Source: Dehalococcoidia bacterium
GTDB lineage: Bacteria; Chloroflexota; Dehalococcoidia; UBA2979
DNA: 64,000 nucleotides
Direction: 5' to 3'
NCBI GenBank assembly: GCA_028279505.1
Contig: JANQNP010000067.1
Span: 9-64,008 of the forward strand
The notes below the pieces were generated by a model. It saw only the letters and a list, made by a program, of their open reading frames with translations. It was not told where the DNA came from and made no database searches. Below are positions 37,589-47,320 of the stretch, piece by piece. The position numbers were made by a program, and so were the translations under genes. How positions within the stretch are numbered: the first letter of the stretch is position 1; the number at the start of each line of letters is the position of its first letter.

Positions 37589-39445
37589 ATGACCGCCCTC
37601 GACCGCGTCGCGCGAGCGTCCCGAGCACCCTGGGCGCCGCCGCTGGCGCTGCTCGCGATCACCGTACTCGCGGCGTTCCTGCGCCTCTACGACCTCGATC
37701 GCGTCGGCCTCGGCAACCTCTTCTACGCCTCCGCGATCCGATCGATGGGCGAATCCGCCCACAACTTCATCTACGCCGCGTACGACCCCGCCGCCACCAT
37801 CGCCGTCGACAAGCCACCCGTCGCCCTCTGGCTCCAGGTCCTCTCCACGAAGCTCTTCGGCTACGAGGGCTGGGCGATGGTCCTGCCAATGGCGCTCGCC
37901 GGCACCGCCGCCGTCCCGCTCGTCTTCGCCGCCGGCCGCCGCTCGCATGGACTCGCCGTCGGCCTGCTCGCGGCCGCCCTCCTCGCCGTCTTCCCCGAAT
38001 CCGTCGCTACCGCCCGCGACTCCACCATGGACGCCCTCGTGATGGCGCTCCTCGCGGGCGGCGCATGGCTGCTGATCGTCGCTGTCGAGGACCGCCGCCC
38101 CTGGCTCCTCGTCGCCTGGACCGCGTTGATGGGCGTCGCCTTCAACGTCAAGTTCTTCGAGGGCTTCGTGATCCTTCCCGCGGCGATCCTCTACGTCGGC
38201 TGGCGCTGGCGCGACGACTGGCGCGCGCTCGTTCGCCCCGCCGCCGTCGCGATCGCCGTCGGCTTCCTCGTTTCGCTCTCCTGGATCACCGTCGTCGAAC
38301 TCACCCCCGAGGACGATCGCCCCCTCGTCATGAACGACGAGTCGAACAGCGCCTACGGGCTCGCGTTCCGCTACAACGGCCTCGAGCGCGTGCTCCCCGG
38401 CGAGGTCACGATCTTCCAGCCCGTCGGCAACGCCCCCGCCTCTGAGCGCCTGATCTCCGTCACCAACTCCTTCGGCGTCGGAACCCGCGGTCCGTTCCGG
38501 CTCTTCGAAGACACCTACGGCCCGCTGATCGGCTACAGCGTCCTGCTCGGCCTCCTCGGCGTCGCGCTCGCCGCGTGGCAGCGGCGCGACTGGCTGCTGA
38601 ATGGGCCCGGCCTGCTCTGGGCGGCCTGGCTGATCACCGGCGCCGTCCTCTTCAGCGCCTCCAACCGCGCCGCCGCCCACTACACCGAGTCTTACGCCCC
38701 GGCCATCGCCGTCCTAGGCGCGGTCGGCATCATCGAGGGCTGGCGCCTCGCCGCACGTGGCAACGTCATCCCGCTCCACCTCGGCGTCATCGCGCTCCTC
38801 GTCTTCGCCCGCGTCAGCTACGAGGAGTTCGAGCCGCTGAGCACCAACACTTTCCTCGCGGTCGGCGCCATCGGCATGATGGCCTCGCTCCTCGCGCTGA
38901 TCGGCCGCAACCGAGGTAGCGACCGCCCCCCGCTCCCCGCGCTGCGCGCCACCCTCCGAGGCGCCAGCGTCGCCGCCGTCCTCTCGATCTCGCTCCTCAC
39001 CTCGCTCTGGATCACCGTCGACGCCCCTCGAGGGGGACAGATCACGCGCCCCAACCCACTCGACTACACCCGCGCAGACGAGCCCCCGCCCACACAGCGC
39101 CAGGTCCCCGCCGAGGCGATGGTCGCCCACGCCGAGCGCCAGGCCCCCGGCACCCGCTACGCCTTCGCCACCACCGACATCAACGACGCCGGCGAATCGA
39201 TCGCCTACACCGGCGCCTCGGTGCTCCCGATCTGGAACGAGTACCAGCGCGTCCCCGTCCTCCACGAGGACGATCTCGCCGCACGCCTCGCCGCCGGTGA
39301 GGTCCCCTTTGTGTTGGTCGAAATCGGCCGCCAGCGCGGCGGCCTCCTCAGCGAGGTCATGCCAACCATCGAGGCGCACTGTTCAATCACGACGATCCCC
39401 GGTGCTACGAGCCGCTTCTACGACACCTGGGACTGCCGCCCGTAG
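37589..39445 (+). CDS. ArnT/PMT family (GT39/83) membrane glycosyltransferase
   Basis: FYASAIRSM, VDKPPVALW, GVAFNVK, YNGLER; many TM segments. Confidence 0.9.
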   Translation: MTALDRVARASRAPWAPPLALLAITVLAAFLRLYDLDRVGLGNLFYASAIRSMGESAHNFIYAAYDPAATIAVDKPPVALWLQVLSTKLFGYEGWAMVLPMALAGTAAVPLVFAAGRRSHGLAVGLLAAALLAVFPESVATARDSTMDALVMALLAGGAWLLIVAVEDRRPWLLVAWTALMGVAFNVKFFEGFVILPAAILYVGWRWRDDWRALVRPAAVAIAVGFLVSLSWITVVELTPEDDRPLVMNDESNSAYGLAFRYNGLERVLPGEVTIFQPVGNAPASERLISVTNSFGVGTRGPFRLFEDTYGPLIGYSVLLGLLGVALAAWQRRDWLLNGPGLLWAAWLITGAVLFSASNRAAAHYTESYAPAIAVLGAVGIIEGWRLAARGNVIPLHLGVIALLVFARVSYEEFEPLSTNTFLAVGAIGMMASLLALIGRNRGSDRPPLPALRATLRGASVAAVLSISLLTSLWITVDAPRGGQITRPNPLDYTRADEPPPTQRQVPAEAMVAHAERQAPGTRYAFATTDINDAGESIAYTGASVLPIWNEYQRVPVLHEDDLAARLAAGEVPFVLVEIGRQRGGLLSEVMPTIEAHCSITTIPGATSRFYDTWDCRP

Positions 39446-39476
39446 TCGGCGGCGGCGTCATTCCCTCGGCGGACGT

Positions 39477-39806
39477 TTAGAACTGATCGAGGAGAATCGT
39501 GTTCCCGTTCGGATCCTTCAGCACGGCGCTCGCGGGCCCCTCGCCCGGCTCGGCCGTCTGCTCGAACGTCACCCCGGCCTCCAGCAGCTGTGCCTGGATC
39601 GCCCGCACGTCCGGCGGATTGAAGGTCAAGATGTTCTCCTCGAACATCCCCGCGAACAGCCCGATCGTCGTTCCGCCGCTCTCGAGGATCAGCCACCCCT
39701 CGTCCGCCTCCCCGCCGATCACGCCGAAGCCGAGCCGCTCGTAGAACGCCCGCGAGGCCGCCAGGTCCTGCACAGCAAGGCTGACGGAGAACTTGCCGAG
39801 GTCCAT
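39477..39806 (-). CDS. VOC/glyoxalase family protein
   Basis: [33 protein letters not shown]. Confidence 0.92.
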   Translation of the reverse strand: MDLGKFSVSLAVQDLAASRAFYERLGFGVIGGEADEGWLILESGGTTIGLFAGMFEENILTFNPPDVRAIQAQLLEAGVTFEQTAEPGEGPASAVLKDPNGNTILLDQF

Positions 39807-39872
39807 GACCGCATCGTAGCCAACGCCGCGCGAAGCATCGCTATCCTCCGCTCACAGCCGAGGAGGAAGCGC

Positions 39873-40778
39873 ATGGTCACCGTCGTCCGTACACCAGACG
39901 AACGTTTCGAGGGCATTCGCGGCGCTGACCTCGAGCCCCACTGGCACGAGTGGACCGAGCCGGGCGGCACCACGCTCCGCATGCACTACCTCGACGAGGG
40001 CGACGGCCCGCCGATCCTGCTGCTGCACGGCCAGCCCTCGTGGTCGGTGCTGCTCTACCGCGATTTCATCCCGCGCCTCGTCGCCGCGGGCCACCGCGTG
40101 ATCGCGCCGGACTACATCGGCTTCGGCAAGAGCGACAAGGTCGTCGAGGACGAGTGGTACGTCATCGAGCGACACTGCGAGGCGCTGCGTTCGCTGATCG
40201 ACGCCCTCGACCTCCGGGACGTCAGCATCGCCGTCCACGACTGGAGCGGCCCGATCGGCCTGCGCCAGGTCCGCGACATGCCCGCCCGCTTCTCCAGGAT
40301 CTTCATCTTCAACACCTGGCTGCACCACATCGACATGAAGTACACCCCGGCCATCCGCGCCTACCACGCCCGGATCGCGGAGCTCGAGGTCGGGACCGGC
40401 GACCCGCTCGCGATGATGGGTCAGGGCGATGGCTCCAACGAGATCCTCGCCACCTTCCTCGCCCCGTTCCCCGATCCCACCCACATGGCCGGACCGCGCC
40501 GGTTCCCGCTGATGCACCCGTACGCCGATCCCGAGGGCGGCAACGCCATCGACCAGGCCCGCTCATACGAGTTCCTGCTGCACTGGCCGAAGCCCGCACA
40601 CGTGATCTTCAGCCACGACGACGGTGTCTTCCGCGAGTCGTGGGGACGCGAATGGGCGCAGCGGTTCCCGTTCGGCACCTTCGACGCGGTCTCAACCACC
40701 GCGGTCCACCACTTCCCGCAGATCACTGCGGCCGACGCGGTGGTCGACCTGATGCTGGGCTACCTCGCCGGCGACTGA
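39873..40778 (+). CDS. Haloalkane dehalogenase-like alpha/beta hydrolase
   Basis: RTPDERF, LHGQPSWS, PDYIGFGKSDK, VHDWSG (Asp nucleophile), HFPQ. Confidence 0.88.
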   Translation: MVTVVRTPDERFEGIRGADLEPHWHEWTEPGGTTLRMHYLDEGDGPPILLLHGQPSWSVLLYRDFIPRLVAAGHRVIAPDYIGFGKSDKVVEDEWYVIERHCEALRSLIDALDLRDVSIAVHDWSGPIGLRQVRDMPARFSRIFIFNTWLHHIDMKYTPAIRAYHARIAELEVGTGDPLAMMGQGDGSNEILATFLAPFPDPTHMAGPRRFPLMHPYADPEGGNAIDQARSYEFLLHWPKPAHVIFSHDDGVFRESWGREWAQRFPFGTFDAVSTTAVHHFPQITAADAVVDLMLGYLAGD

Positions 40779-40813
40779 GCGCCGCCCGGGTCTGAATTCT
40801 TACGTTTCGACCC

Positions 40814-40840
40814 CGAACGTCTCCCGACACGTCCCGTTGT
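40814..40840 (+). promoter_or_regulatory. Possible ECF sigma promoter
   Basis: cGAAC-N16-CGTTG about 60 nt upstream of the 40902 start. Confidence 0.35.
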
Positions 40841-40901
40841 AGGGCTTGTGAGGACGGCTTCGTCCTCGACAGCTCTCGCAGGACGAAGAGGAGACTTGAG
40901 A

Positions 40902-41444
40902 ATGAAGAGATGGCAAAAGCTGGCCGCCCTGCCGGTGTTGGTGGCAGCGGTCGCCTTCGGCGTCATGGCGCCCGCGGCCGCCTCCGCCGAGACCGATCGC
41001 GTCACCGATCGAGCGGTCACGGACCGCGCGACCGACCGCGTCACCGACCTCCGGCCCACCGATGTGCGCCCCGACGTACTCGAGGAAGGTCGCGTCGAAC
41101 TACGTGAACCACACACCCTCGAGGCCCGCGGCCGCGGCAACGTCGCCCTCGCCGGCCGCCTGAAGGTGACCGGCATCGCCTACGGCCACTCGGTCACCAT
41201 CACCGACCTCGCCGGTGACGCCGAAATCCGCGTCAGCGCGCGTGCTCACCGCACCGACGACGCCGGGAACCACATCTACCGAGGCCTGAACGGCGAGTTC
41301 TCGATCAGCGGCTCCGAGGTGATCGTGAAGTTCCACCGCGTCGGCATCCACTTCGAGGCGACCGGCAACGGCCGCGCCGAGCTGGACGGCCAGGGCTGGT
41401 TCAAGCTCGACGGCGGCCGCCCCCACCGGTGGCGCGCGTTCTAG
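40902..41444 (+). CDS. Secreted beta-rich hypothetical protein
   Basis: Signal peptide MKRWQK...AAASA; TDR-type repeats; SD GAGGAG. Confidence 0.8.
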   Translation: MKRWQKLAALPVLVAAVAFGVMAPAAASAETDRVTDRAVTDRATDRVTDLRPTDVRPDVLEEGRVELREPHTLEARGRGNVALAGRLKVTGIAYGHSVTITDLAGDAEIRVSARAHRTDDAGNHIYRGLNGEFSISGSEVIVKFHRVGIHFEATGNGRAELDGQGWFKLDGGRPHRWRAF

Positions 41445-41553
41445 CGAGCCAGCGGATCAACGTTGGGGCGCTGGCGAGCGTTCCAGCGAGCCGCCGAACC
41501 GACCCAATCCGAGAGGAGCGAGCGCCCCGCTGCTCCTCCGGTCCCGCCCAACG

Positions 41554-41579
41554 AAGGCCCGCGCGCGAGCGCGGGCCTT
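41554..41579. terminator. Perfect 11-bp hairpin, possible terminator
   Basis: AAGGCCCGCGC-GCGA-GCGCGGGCCTT in intergenic DNA; U-tract weak. Confidence 0.45.
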
Positions 41580-41662
41580 GCCGTCCTCCCCCACTCTGAG
41601 GCACGCTCCACCACCTCGGCCGCACTGCGCCCGGTTCTTCCGCTGTGCTAGAACATGCGCAC

Positions 41663-42565
41663 ATGATTCTGACATCGAGGCCAAGAACCGCTGCGCTCCT
41701 CGCCATCGGCATCGCGTTCCTCGCCGCGGTGGCCGCCCCGAGGTCGGCAATCGCTCAGCAGCCGAGCGAGTTCGTCGGAGGGCAGCCTGTCCCCGGAATC
41801 AGCCTCGCCGCCTACTCGGGTGGGCCGGTCGCCACCCTGCCCGCCGCCGCACCCCGGGCCGAGTCGTTCTGGACCACCATCGACGGACGAATGGTCGGCT
41901 ACCTCGTCAACTCCCCGGAGTTCGTGAACCGCGAGTTCATCGATCACTTCAGCGAGGGCATTCCCGCCGGCACGCCGATGCTGGTCGTCACGCCGCTCTC
42001 GGCTCTGGTGTCGTCGCCTGATCCCGACTGCCCACAGTGGCCCAACGATGCTCAGGCCACGATTCGTCAGGACGGCCGCGCGGAGGCGGTCTACCAGAAC
42101 ATCCTCGAGGAGGAGCAGCGGGGCTGCTTCGAAGGTCTCGTCTACTACCCGCGCAACGACTCGTATCGGATCACCGCGACCCCGGAGCTCGTCGATGCCA
42201 CCGAGCAAGCAACCCCGGTCTACATACCGACGAGCGGCACCCACCTCGCCGAGTTCTTGCCGTGGGCGCGGGTGAGCTTCACGATCAACGGTCAGGACGT
42301 CTGGCTGATGATCGTGCAGCGACCGCAGGACCAGTCGCTCTTCCTCTCGTTCCGCGACGCGACCAGTGGCGTAACGACCTATGGAGGAGGACGCTACCTC
42401 GGTGTGTGGCGGCTCGATAACGGCGACGTCTCCTTCGACCTCAATTCGGCGTACAACCCGCCATGCGCGTACAACGCCAACTGGATCTGCCCGCTCGTGC
42501 ACCCCGAGAACCACCTCGCGGTCGCCGTCACCGCGGGCGAACGCGCCTACCCCGACCCCCGATGA
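41663..42565 (+). CDS. Secreted protein: shared N-terminal module plus DUF1684 domain
   Basis: Signal peptide; FEGLVYYP, FRDATSGVTTYGGGRYL, NSAYNPPCAYN..WICP. Confidence 0.88.
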   Translation: MILTSRPRTAALLAIGIAFLAAVAAPRSAIAQQPSEFVGGQPVPGISLAAYSGGPVATLPAAAPRAESFWTTIDGRMVGYLVNSPEFVNREFIDHFSEGIPAGTPMLVVTPLSALVSSPDPDCPQWPNDAQATIRQDGRAEAVYQNILEEEQRGCFEGLVYYPRNDSYRITATPELVDATEQATPVYIPTSGTHLAEFLPWARVSFTINGQDVWLMIVQRPQDQSLFLSFRDATSGVTTYGGGRYLGVWRLDNGDVSFDLNSAYNPPCAYNANWICPLVHPENHLAVAVTAGERAYPDPR

Positions 42566-42688
42566 TCGACGGCGAGCGCCCCGCGCCCGCACACTCGAGG
42601 CCATGCAACCCTCGCGTCGCGGAACGAGCGCCCCGATGATCGCACCACTAGGACGGCGACCGCGCCGAGTCAGTCCAGAGGAACCTCA

Positions 42689-43768
42689 ATGCGACGAAGC
42701 CTGATCCTCCTCGTGGTCGGCATCGCGATCGCCGCCCAGGCCCTCATCGCCGGCCCCGCCGTCCAGGCCCACGATGGCGACGTCGTCGCCGCCCGAGTCG
42801 CCGGCGATCTGCCGGTCGAGGGCGTCTTCCTCGGCCTATGGGAAGGCGGCTCCGTCGAGAGCCTCGGCGTCGACCAGCCGCAGGTCAGCTCCGTCTGGGT
42901 CAGCGCCAACGGCGCGCTCGTCGGCTACCTCGTTGGCGCGCCCGACTTCGTCAACGCCGACTTCCTCGGCCGATTCCCGCAGGGTCAGGTCGGACCTGGC
43001 ACGCCCGTGCTCGCCGTCGTCGTCCAGACCACGACACCGCCGCCGGCCCCGGTCGGCGCCTACTCCCTCGCCACCTGGACCGCCTTCTCCGACGTCCTGC
43101 TCGCGCCCAACTACGAGGTCGCGAGCTGCGCCGGCTGCTGGCCGGGCTACACCGGCACCACCATCGGCCTCACCACCCGCTGGATCGAAGGCGCCACGCT
43201 CGACGTCTACGTCTACTCCGGCGACGTCGACGACATCGCGGCTCTCGAGGCCCAACTCAACGAATTCCAGACGCGCCTCGATCTCCCGTGGCGGTACGTC
43301 GCCACGCCCGCCGAAGCGAACCTCCACATCTTCATGAACTTCGACCGCCTCAACGTCCCGACCTCGTTCCCGGCCTGGGCACAGGACAGCCTCGCCGCGC
43401 GCGCCAACGTCAGTGGATGGACCGCCTACGCGACCACAAGCTCCTCATTCACCATCGGCCCGAACGGCGTAGATCCCGCGGATCGGTACGCGATCGATGA
43501 AGCAGCGATCTACGTCCCCTTCAACCAGCAGAACGGCGACCTGATCGCGCAGCCGTTCATCGACTCGATCATCAAACATGAGCTCGTCCACGCCATCGGC
43601 TGGGGCCAGCACTGGGACGTCCCCGGTCGCCTGATGTCGCCCGTGGCGTCGAACCCCCTCGACGTCAGCGGTCTCGAATGGGACATGCTGAAGCTGCTCT
43701 ACGAGGACGACGTGCTCCCCGGCATGTACGACGACCAGGTCCTCGCGGTCATCACCGTCACCCAGTAA
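42689..43768 (+). CDS. Secreted metzincin-like Zn peptidase with shared N-terminal module
   Basis: Signal peptide (AVQA); HELVHAIGWGQH followed by the Met-turn LMSP. Confidence 0.78.
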   Translation: MRRSLILLVVGIAIAAQALIAGPAVQAHDGDVVAARVAGDLPVEGVFLGLWEGGSVESLGVDQPQVSSVWVSANGALVGYLVGAPDFVNADFLGRFPQGQVGPGTPVLAVVVQTTTPPPAPVGAYSLATWTAFSDVLLAPNYEVASCAGCWPGYTGTTIGLTTRWIEGATLDVYVYSGDVDDIAALEAQLNEFQTRLDLPWRYVATPAEANLHIFMNFDRLNVPTSFPAWAQDSLAARANVSGWTAYATTSSSFTIGPNGVDPADRYAIDEAAIYVPFNQQNGDLIAQPFIDSIIKHELVHAIGWGQHWDVPGRLMSPVASNPLDVSGLEWDMLKLLYEDDVLPGMYDDQVLAVITVTQ

Positions 43769-43898
43769 CCACCCGCCGCCGCCCCGCGGGCTCAGCCGTC
43801 CCCGGACTCGCAACCACGCCGCCGGTCGACCCCGCGCCGAGCGCACCGCGGCGTGACCATCAGCCATTGCGACCCGAGCCACCGCCCGCGACACTGAC

Positions 43899-43935
43899 GA
43901 GGCGCGAAGCGTCTAAAGAGGGCCGAAGGCCCCCC
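43899..43935 (+). repeat. Dispersed tandem cGAAg mini-hairpin element, copy 3
   Basis: GAGGCGCGAAGCGTC-taaaga-GGGCCGAAGGCCC just before the gpmA start. Confidence 0.7.
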
Positions 43936-43945
43936 GGAGTGCGTC

Positions 43946-44704
43946 ATGACCCACGAAGTCGTCCTCATCCGCCACGGCCAGAGCCAGTGGAACCAGGAGA
44001 ACCGGTTCACCGGTTGGGTCGACGTCGACCTCGCGAACGCGGGCCGCGCCGAGGCCCACGAGGCCGGTCGCCAGCTCCGCGAAGCCGGCTACGAATTCGA
44101 CGCCGCCTTCACCTCAGTCCTGAAGCGCGCCATCCACACGCTCTGGATCGTCCTCGACGAGCTCGACCAGGCCTGGATCCCGGTCCAGCGCAGCTGGCGC
44201 CTCAACGAACGCCACTACGGCGCGCTCGCCGGCCTCAACAAAGTCGAGACCGCCGAGAAGCATGGTGACGAGCAGGTCTTCATCTGGCGTCGCAGCTTCG
44301 ACACCCCACCCCCCGCCCTCGACCCCACCGACCCCATGCACCCCAGCCACGACCGCCGCTACGCCGACGTCGGACTCCCCGAGGCCACCCCCGGCTCCGA
44401 GGCGCTCAAGCAGACCCAGGAGCGCGTCCTCCCCTTCTGGAACGAAACGATCGCCCCCTGCATCGAAGCCGGCGACCGCGTCCTGATCGCCGCCCACGGC
44501 AACAGCATCCGCGCCCTCGTCATGCACCTCGACCAGATCCCCGAAGACGAGATCAGCGAGCTCAACATCCCCACCGGCATGCCCCTCATCTACGAGTTCG
44601 ACGACGACATGAACGTCCTCGGCCACCGCTACCTCGGCGGCGAAGAAGCCGCCGCCGCGGCAGCCGCCGCCGTCGCCGCCCAGGCCAGCGGCAGCTCGCA
44701 GTAA
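43946..44704 (+). CDS. gpmA: 2,3-bisphosphoglycerate-dependent phosphoglycerate mutase
   Basis: RHGQS.WN.ENRFTGW, LNERHYG, WRRSFD, AHGNSIR. Confidence 0.97.
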   Translation: MTHEVVLIRHGQSQWNQENRFTGWVDVDLANAGRAEAHEAGRQLREAGYEFDAAFTSVLKRAIHTLWIVLDELDQAWIPVQRSWRLNERHYGALAGLNKVETAEKHGDEQVFIWRRSFDTPPPALDPTDPMHPSHDRRYADVGLPEATPGSEALKQTQERVLPFWNETIAPCIEAGDRVLIAAHGNSIRALVMHLDQIPEDEISELNIPTGMPLIYEFDDDMNVLGHRYLGGEEAAAAAAAAVAAQASGSSQ

Positions 44705-44861
44705 TCGAGGAATCCTCGGCCGACCCGAGTCCTCGGACCCGAGCGTCTAGCTCAGCTCGGCTGATGTCTCACCGGAGACCTCGAAGGCGTGTCGATCGAC
44801 GACTAACGGTCGCTGCCAGCCTTCAACGACCGGACCCTCACGCGACAGCGATTCTGGAGCA

Positions 44862-44908
44862 GGGTCGCGAGGGGCGCAGCCCCTCGCCTAGCAGGGCGGG
44901 CGGGTGGG
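44862..44908 (+). repeat. REP-like intergenic palindrome
   Basis: GCGAGGGGCGCAGCCCCTCGC hairpin followed by GGGCGGGCGGGTGGG. Confidence 0.45.
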
Positions 44909-44992
44909 CCACTCTCTAGTTCCGAAGACAACGCCGAAGGCGAGCCGCATCACGGCACCGGAAGAGCGCCGCGAGAGGGGCCGCACCTCCCA

Positions 44993-45025
44993 AGGCGCGA
45001 AGCGTCCTGGAAGACCCGAAGGGTC
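44993..45025 (+). repeat. Dispersed tandem cGAAg mini-hairpin element, copy 4
   Basis: AGGCGCGAAGCGTC-ctggaa-GACCCGAAGGGTC abutting the DAHP synthase stop. Confidence 0.7.
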
Positions 45026-46090
45026 CTAGGTACCGACGGGCGCTGGCGTCTGCGCGTGCGCCTCAGCCGCCTCGTTCAACAGCGCCTCGGTCTCGCTCCA
45101 GTCGATGCACGCATCCGTGATCGACACCCCGTAGCGCAGCTCCTCGCCGTTCAACGGCTGGTTCCCGGCGAACAGGTGACTCTCGAGCATCAGCCCGACG
45201 ATCCCGTCGCTCCCCGCCTGCCGCTGCGCCACCACATCCCGGAACGCCACCGCCTGCCGCGTGTGATCCTTCTCCGAGTTCGCGTGCGAGCAATCCACCA
45301 TCACCAGCGGGCGCGACTCCGAGGCCCGTAGCTTCTCCTGCGCCGCCGCGATCGACGCCGCATCGAAGTTCGTCGCGCCCTGCCCGCCGCGCAGCACTAG
45401 GTGCCCATACGGATTGCCCGTCGTGTTCATCACGCAGGTCCGACCTTCCTGGTCGATACCCACAAATGCGTGCGGCGCTCGCGCCGCCACCATCGCGTCC
45501 ACTGCCACCTGCGAATTGCCGTCGGTCCGGTTCTTGAACCCCACGGGCATCGACAAACCGCTCGCCATCTGCCGGTGCGTCTGGCTCTCGGTCGTGCGCG
45601 CACCGATCGCCGCCCAGGACACTAGGTCCGCGAGGTACTGCGGAACGATCGGGTCCAGGAACTCCGTCCCCGTTGCCAGCCCCATCCCCGTTACCTCGAG
45701 CAGCAGCTGGCGTGCCCGCCGCAGCCCCTGGTTCAGGTCGAACGTCCCATCGAGGTTCGGGTCGTAGACCAGCCCCTTCCACCCGAGGGTCGTGCGCGGC
45801 TTCTCGAAGTAGACCCGCATCACTACCAGCAGCTGCTCGCGCACCTGCTCCTCGAGACGTGCGAGCCGCTCCGCGTACTCGAGCGCCGCGCGTTCGTCGT
45901 GGATCGAGCAGGGCCCCACGATCACCATCAGCCGCGGGTCGTCTTGGCGGAGCACCGCCTCCACCTGCGAGCGCCCGCGATGGACCGAGCTGACGTGATA
46001 CTCCGTCGCCGGAAGCTCCTCGAAGAGCTGCGCGGGCGTGACCAACGGGTCCGTGCTCGCGATATGGAGATCTGAGGTCTGCTGGTGCAT
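45026..46090 (-). CDS. aroF: 3-deoxy-7-phosphoheptulonate (DAHP) synthase, class I-alpha (AroF/G/H type)
   Basis: GPCSIHD, RVYFEKPRTT.GWKG, IGARTTESQ, DCSHANS, YGVSITDACI. Confidence 0.95.
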   Translation of the reverse strand: MHQQTSDLHIASTDPLVTPAQLFEELPATEYHVSSVHRGRSQVEAVLRQDDPRLMVIVGPCSIHDERAALEYAERLARLEEQVREQLLVVMRVYFEKPRTTLGWKGLVYDPNLDGTFDLNQGLRRARQLLLEVTGMGLATGTEFLDPIVPQYLADLVSWAAIGARTTESQTHRQMASGLSMPVGFKNRTDGNSQVAVDAMVAARAPHAFVGIDQEGRTCVMNTTGNPYGHLVLRGGQGATNFDAASIAAAQEKLRASESRPLVMVDCSHANSEKDHTRQAVAFRDVVAQRQAGSDGIVGLMLESHLFAGNQPLNGEELRYGVSITDACIDWSETEALLNEAAEAHAQTPAPVGT

Positions 46091-46304
46091 GTGGGGAAAC
46101 CAGTTCTACCTGGGCGCCTCCTCTGGGGGAGTGAGGTCGCCGGGTCTACCCGCCTCCGTGCGGGGCGATGCTTGGAGCGCCCGTTGCGAACCGGGCGTTG
46201 AGAACGGTCAGTCTAGCGATCCGCCGAAACAGTCGCACGTTAAGTAAAGCGCCTCACGGCGGCCAAAGTTACCGCCAGCAAGCCCCGCCTCGGCGAGCCG
46301 TCGC

Positions 46305-47210
46305 CTACTCGTCGTCGCCGAACTCGTCTGCCCACAGCGGCGACGACTTCTTGAGGAACCGCATCTGCGTCGTCGTCTTCGCGACCAGCGTGCCGTCCGG
46401 CTCCAGCAGCCGCGCCTCGTACCACACGTACTCGGACCGCTTCGACGACCCGATCGCCACCAGTTCGCTCTCGCTCACGTAGTCATGATCGAGGAACACC
46501 GGCCCCGCGACGTGCTTGACCTCCTGCGCGCCCAGCATCCCGACGATGCCCTCGCTGTTGAGGTTGAGCTGCCCCGAGGACCGCCCCGCCGCCATCGGCA
46601 CGTTCGCCGGATTCGCGATCGGCCCGCCCCACGGCGACTCCGTGCGGAACCACGCCTCCGGCGCCAGCGGCCCGCTCGGCTCCTTCGCCAGCTCCGCGCT
46701 GTCGATCCGCACGGGAATTGCCTCGGTCTTCTGCCCGATCACGTGGTCCGCGAGGATCCGCACCTCGTCCGCCCCCGTCGTGTTCAGGATCATCTGCCCC
46801 GTCAGCGACCCGCCGGGCGGATCGCCGATCTCGGCCGTCCCGTTCACCAGGTGCAGCCCGTCCGACTCGCGCTCGACCCAGATCTGGACGCGCTCGTCCT
46901 GGCCGCCCATCTCCGGCTCCTGCAGCCCGATCCGGCACATGTCTCCGTGCATCGTCGGCTTGATGAACATCGACGCCACGCCGCCGCGCTCGAACCACGC
47001 CTGCCCGAACCCGGCCAGCAACACCCGCGGCATCTGCGCGATGTGGACCACCCCGCGCACCACGCCGCCTTGGAAGCCCACCTTCTTGGCGACCTCATCG
47101 TTCTGCACGGCGCCTGCTTCTTGCGCCCAGTAGTTCTCGACCACGCGGAACGGCGTGAACAGCGCGCCCTCATCCTCGATGATCTCGCCGACGTCGTATT
47201 CGGTGTGCAC
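46305..47210 (-). CDS. Hypothetical protein with probable double hotdog fold
   Basis: AKKVGFQGGVVRG, SPWGGPIANP, GPVFLD; SD GAGGGAGG before GTG. Confidence 0.7.
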   Translation of the reverse strand: MHTEYDVGEIIEDEGALFTPFRVVENYWAQEAGAVQNDEVAKKVGFQGGVVRGVVHIAQMPRVLLAGFGQAWFERGGVASMFIKPTMHGDMCRIGLQEPEMGGQDERVQIWVERESDGLHLVNGTAEIGDPPGGSLTGQMILNTTGADEVRILADHVIGQKTEAIPVRIDSAELAKEPSGPLAPEAWFRTESPWGGPIANPANVPMAAGRSSGQLNLNSEGIVGMLGAQEVKHVAGPVFLDHDYVSESELVAIGSSKRSEYVWYEARLLEPDGTLVAKTTTQMRFLKKSSPLWADEFGDDE

Positions 47211-47320
47211 GAAGCCTCCCTCGATATACGCGAAGCGCATCGTACTCAGGCGTTGCCGTGTACGGGAGTGTTCGATCGTCCGTCAGCGGACAGGCAGCCG
47301 CAAACAACCGCCCGAGGGCG

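Noticed and set aside
44741..44805. tRNA-like TAGCTCAG D-arm
   Set aside because: No complementary D-stem, anticodon arm or TTCRA loop; the 13-nt match to 5202-5214 is expected by chance in 64 kb.
46091..46304. Attenuator or T-box upstream of DAHP synthase
   Set aside because: No aromatic-rich leader peptide, T-box sequence or U-tailed terminator seen.
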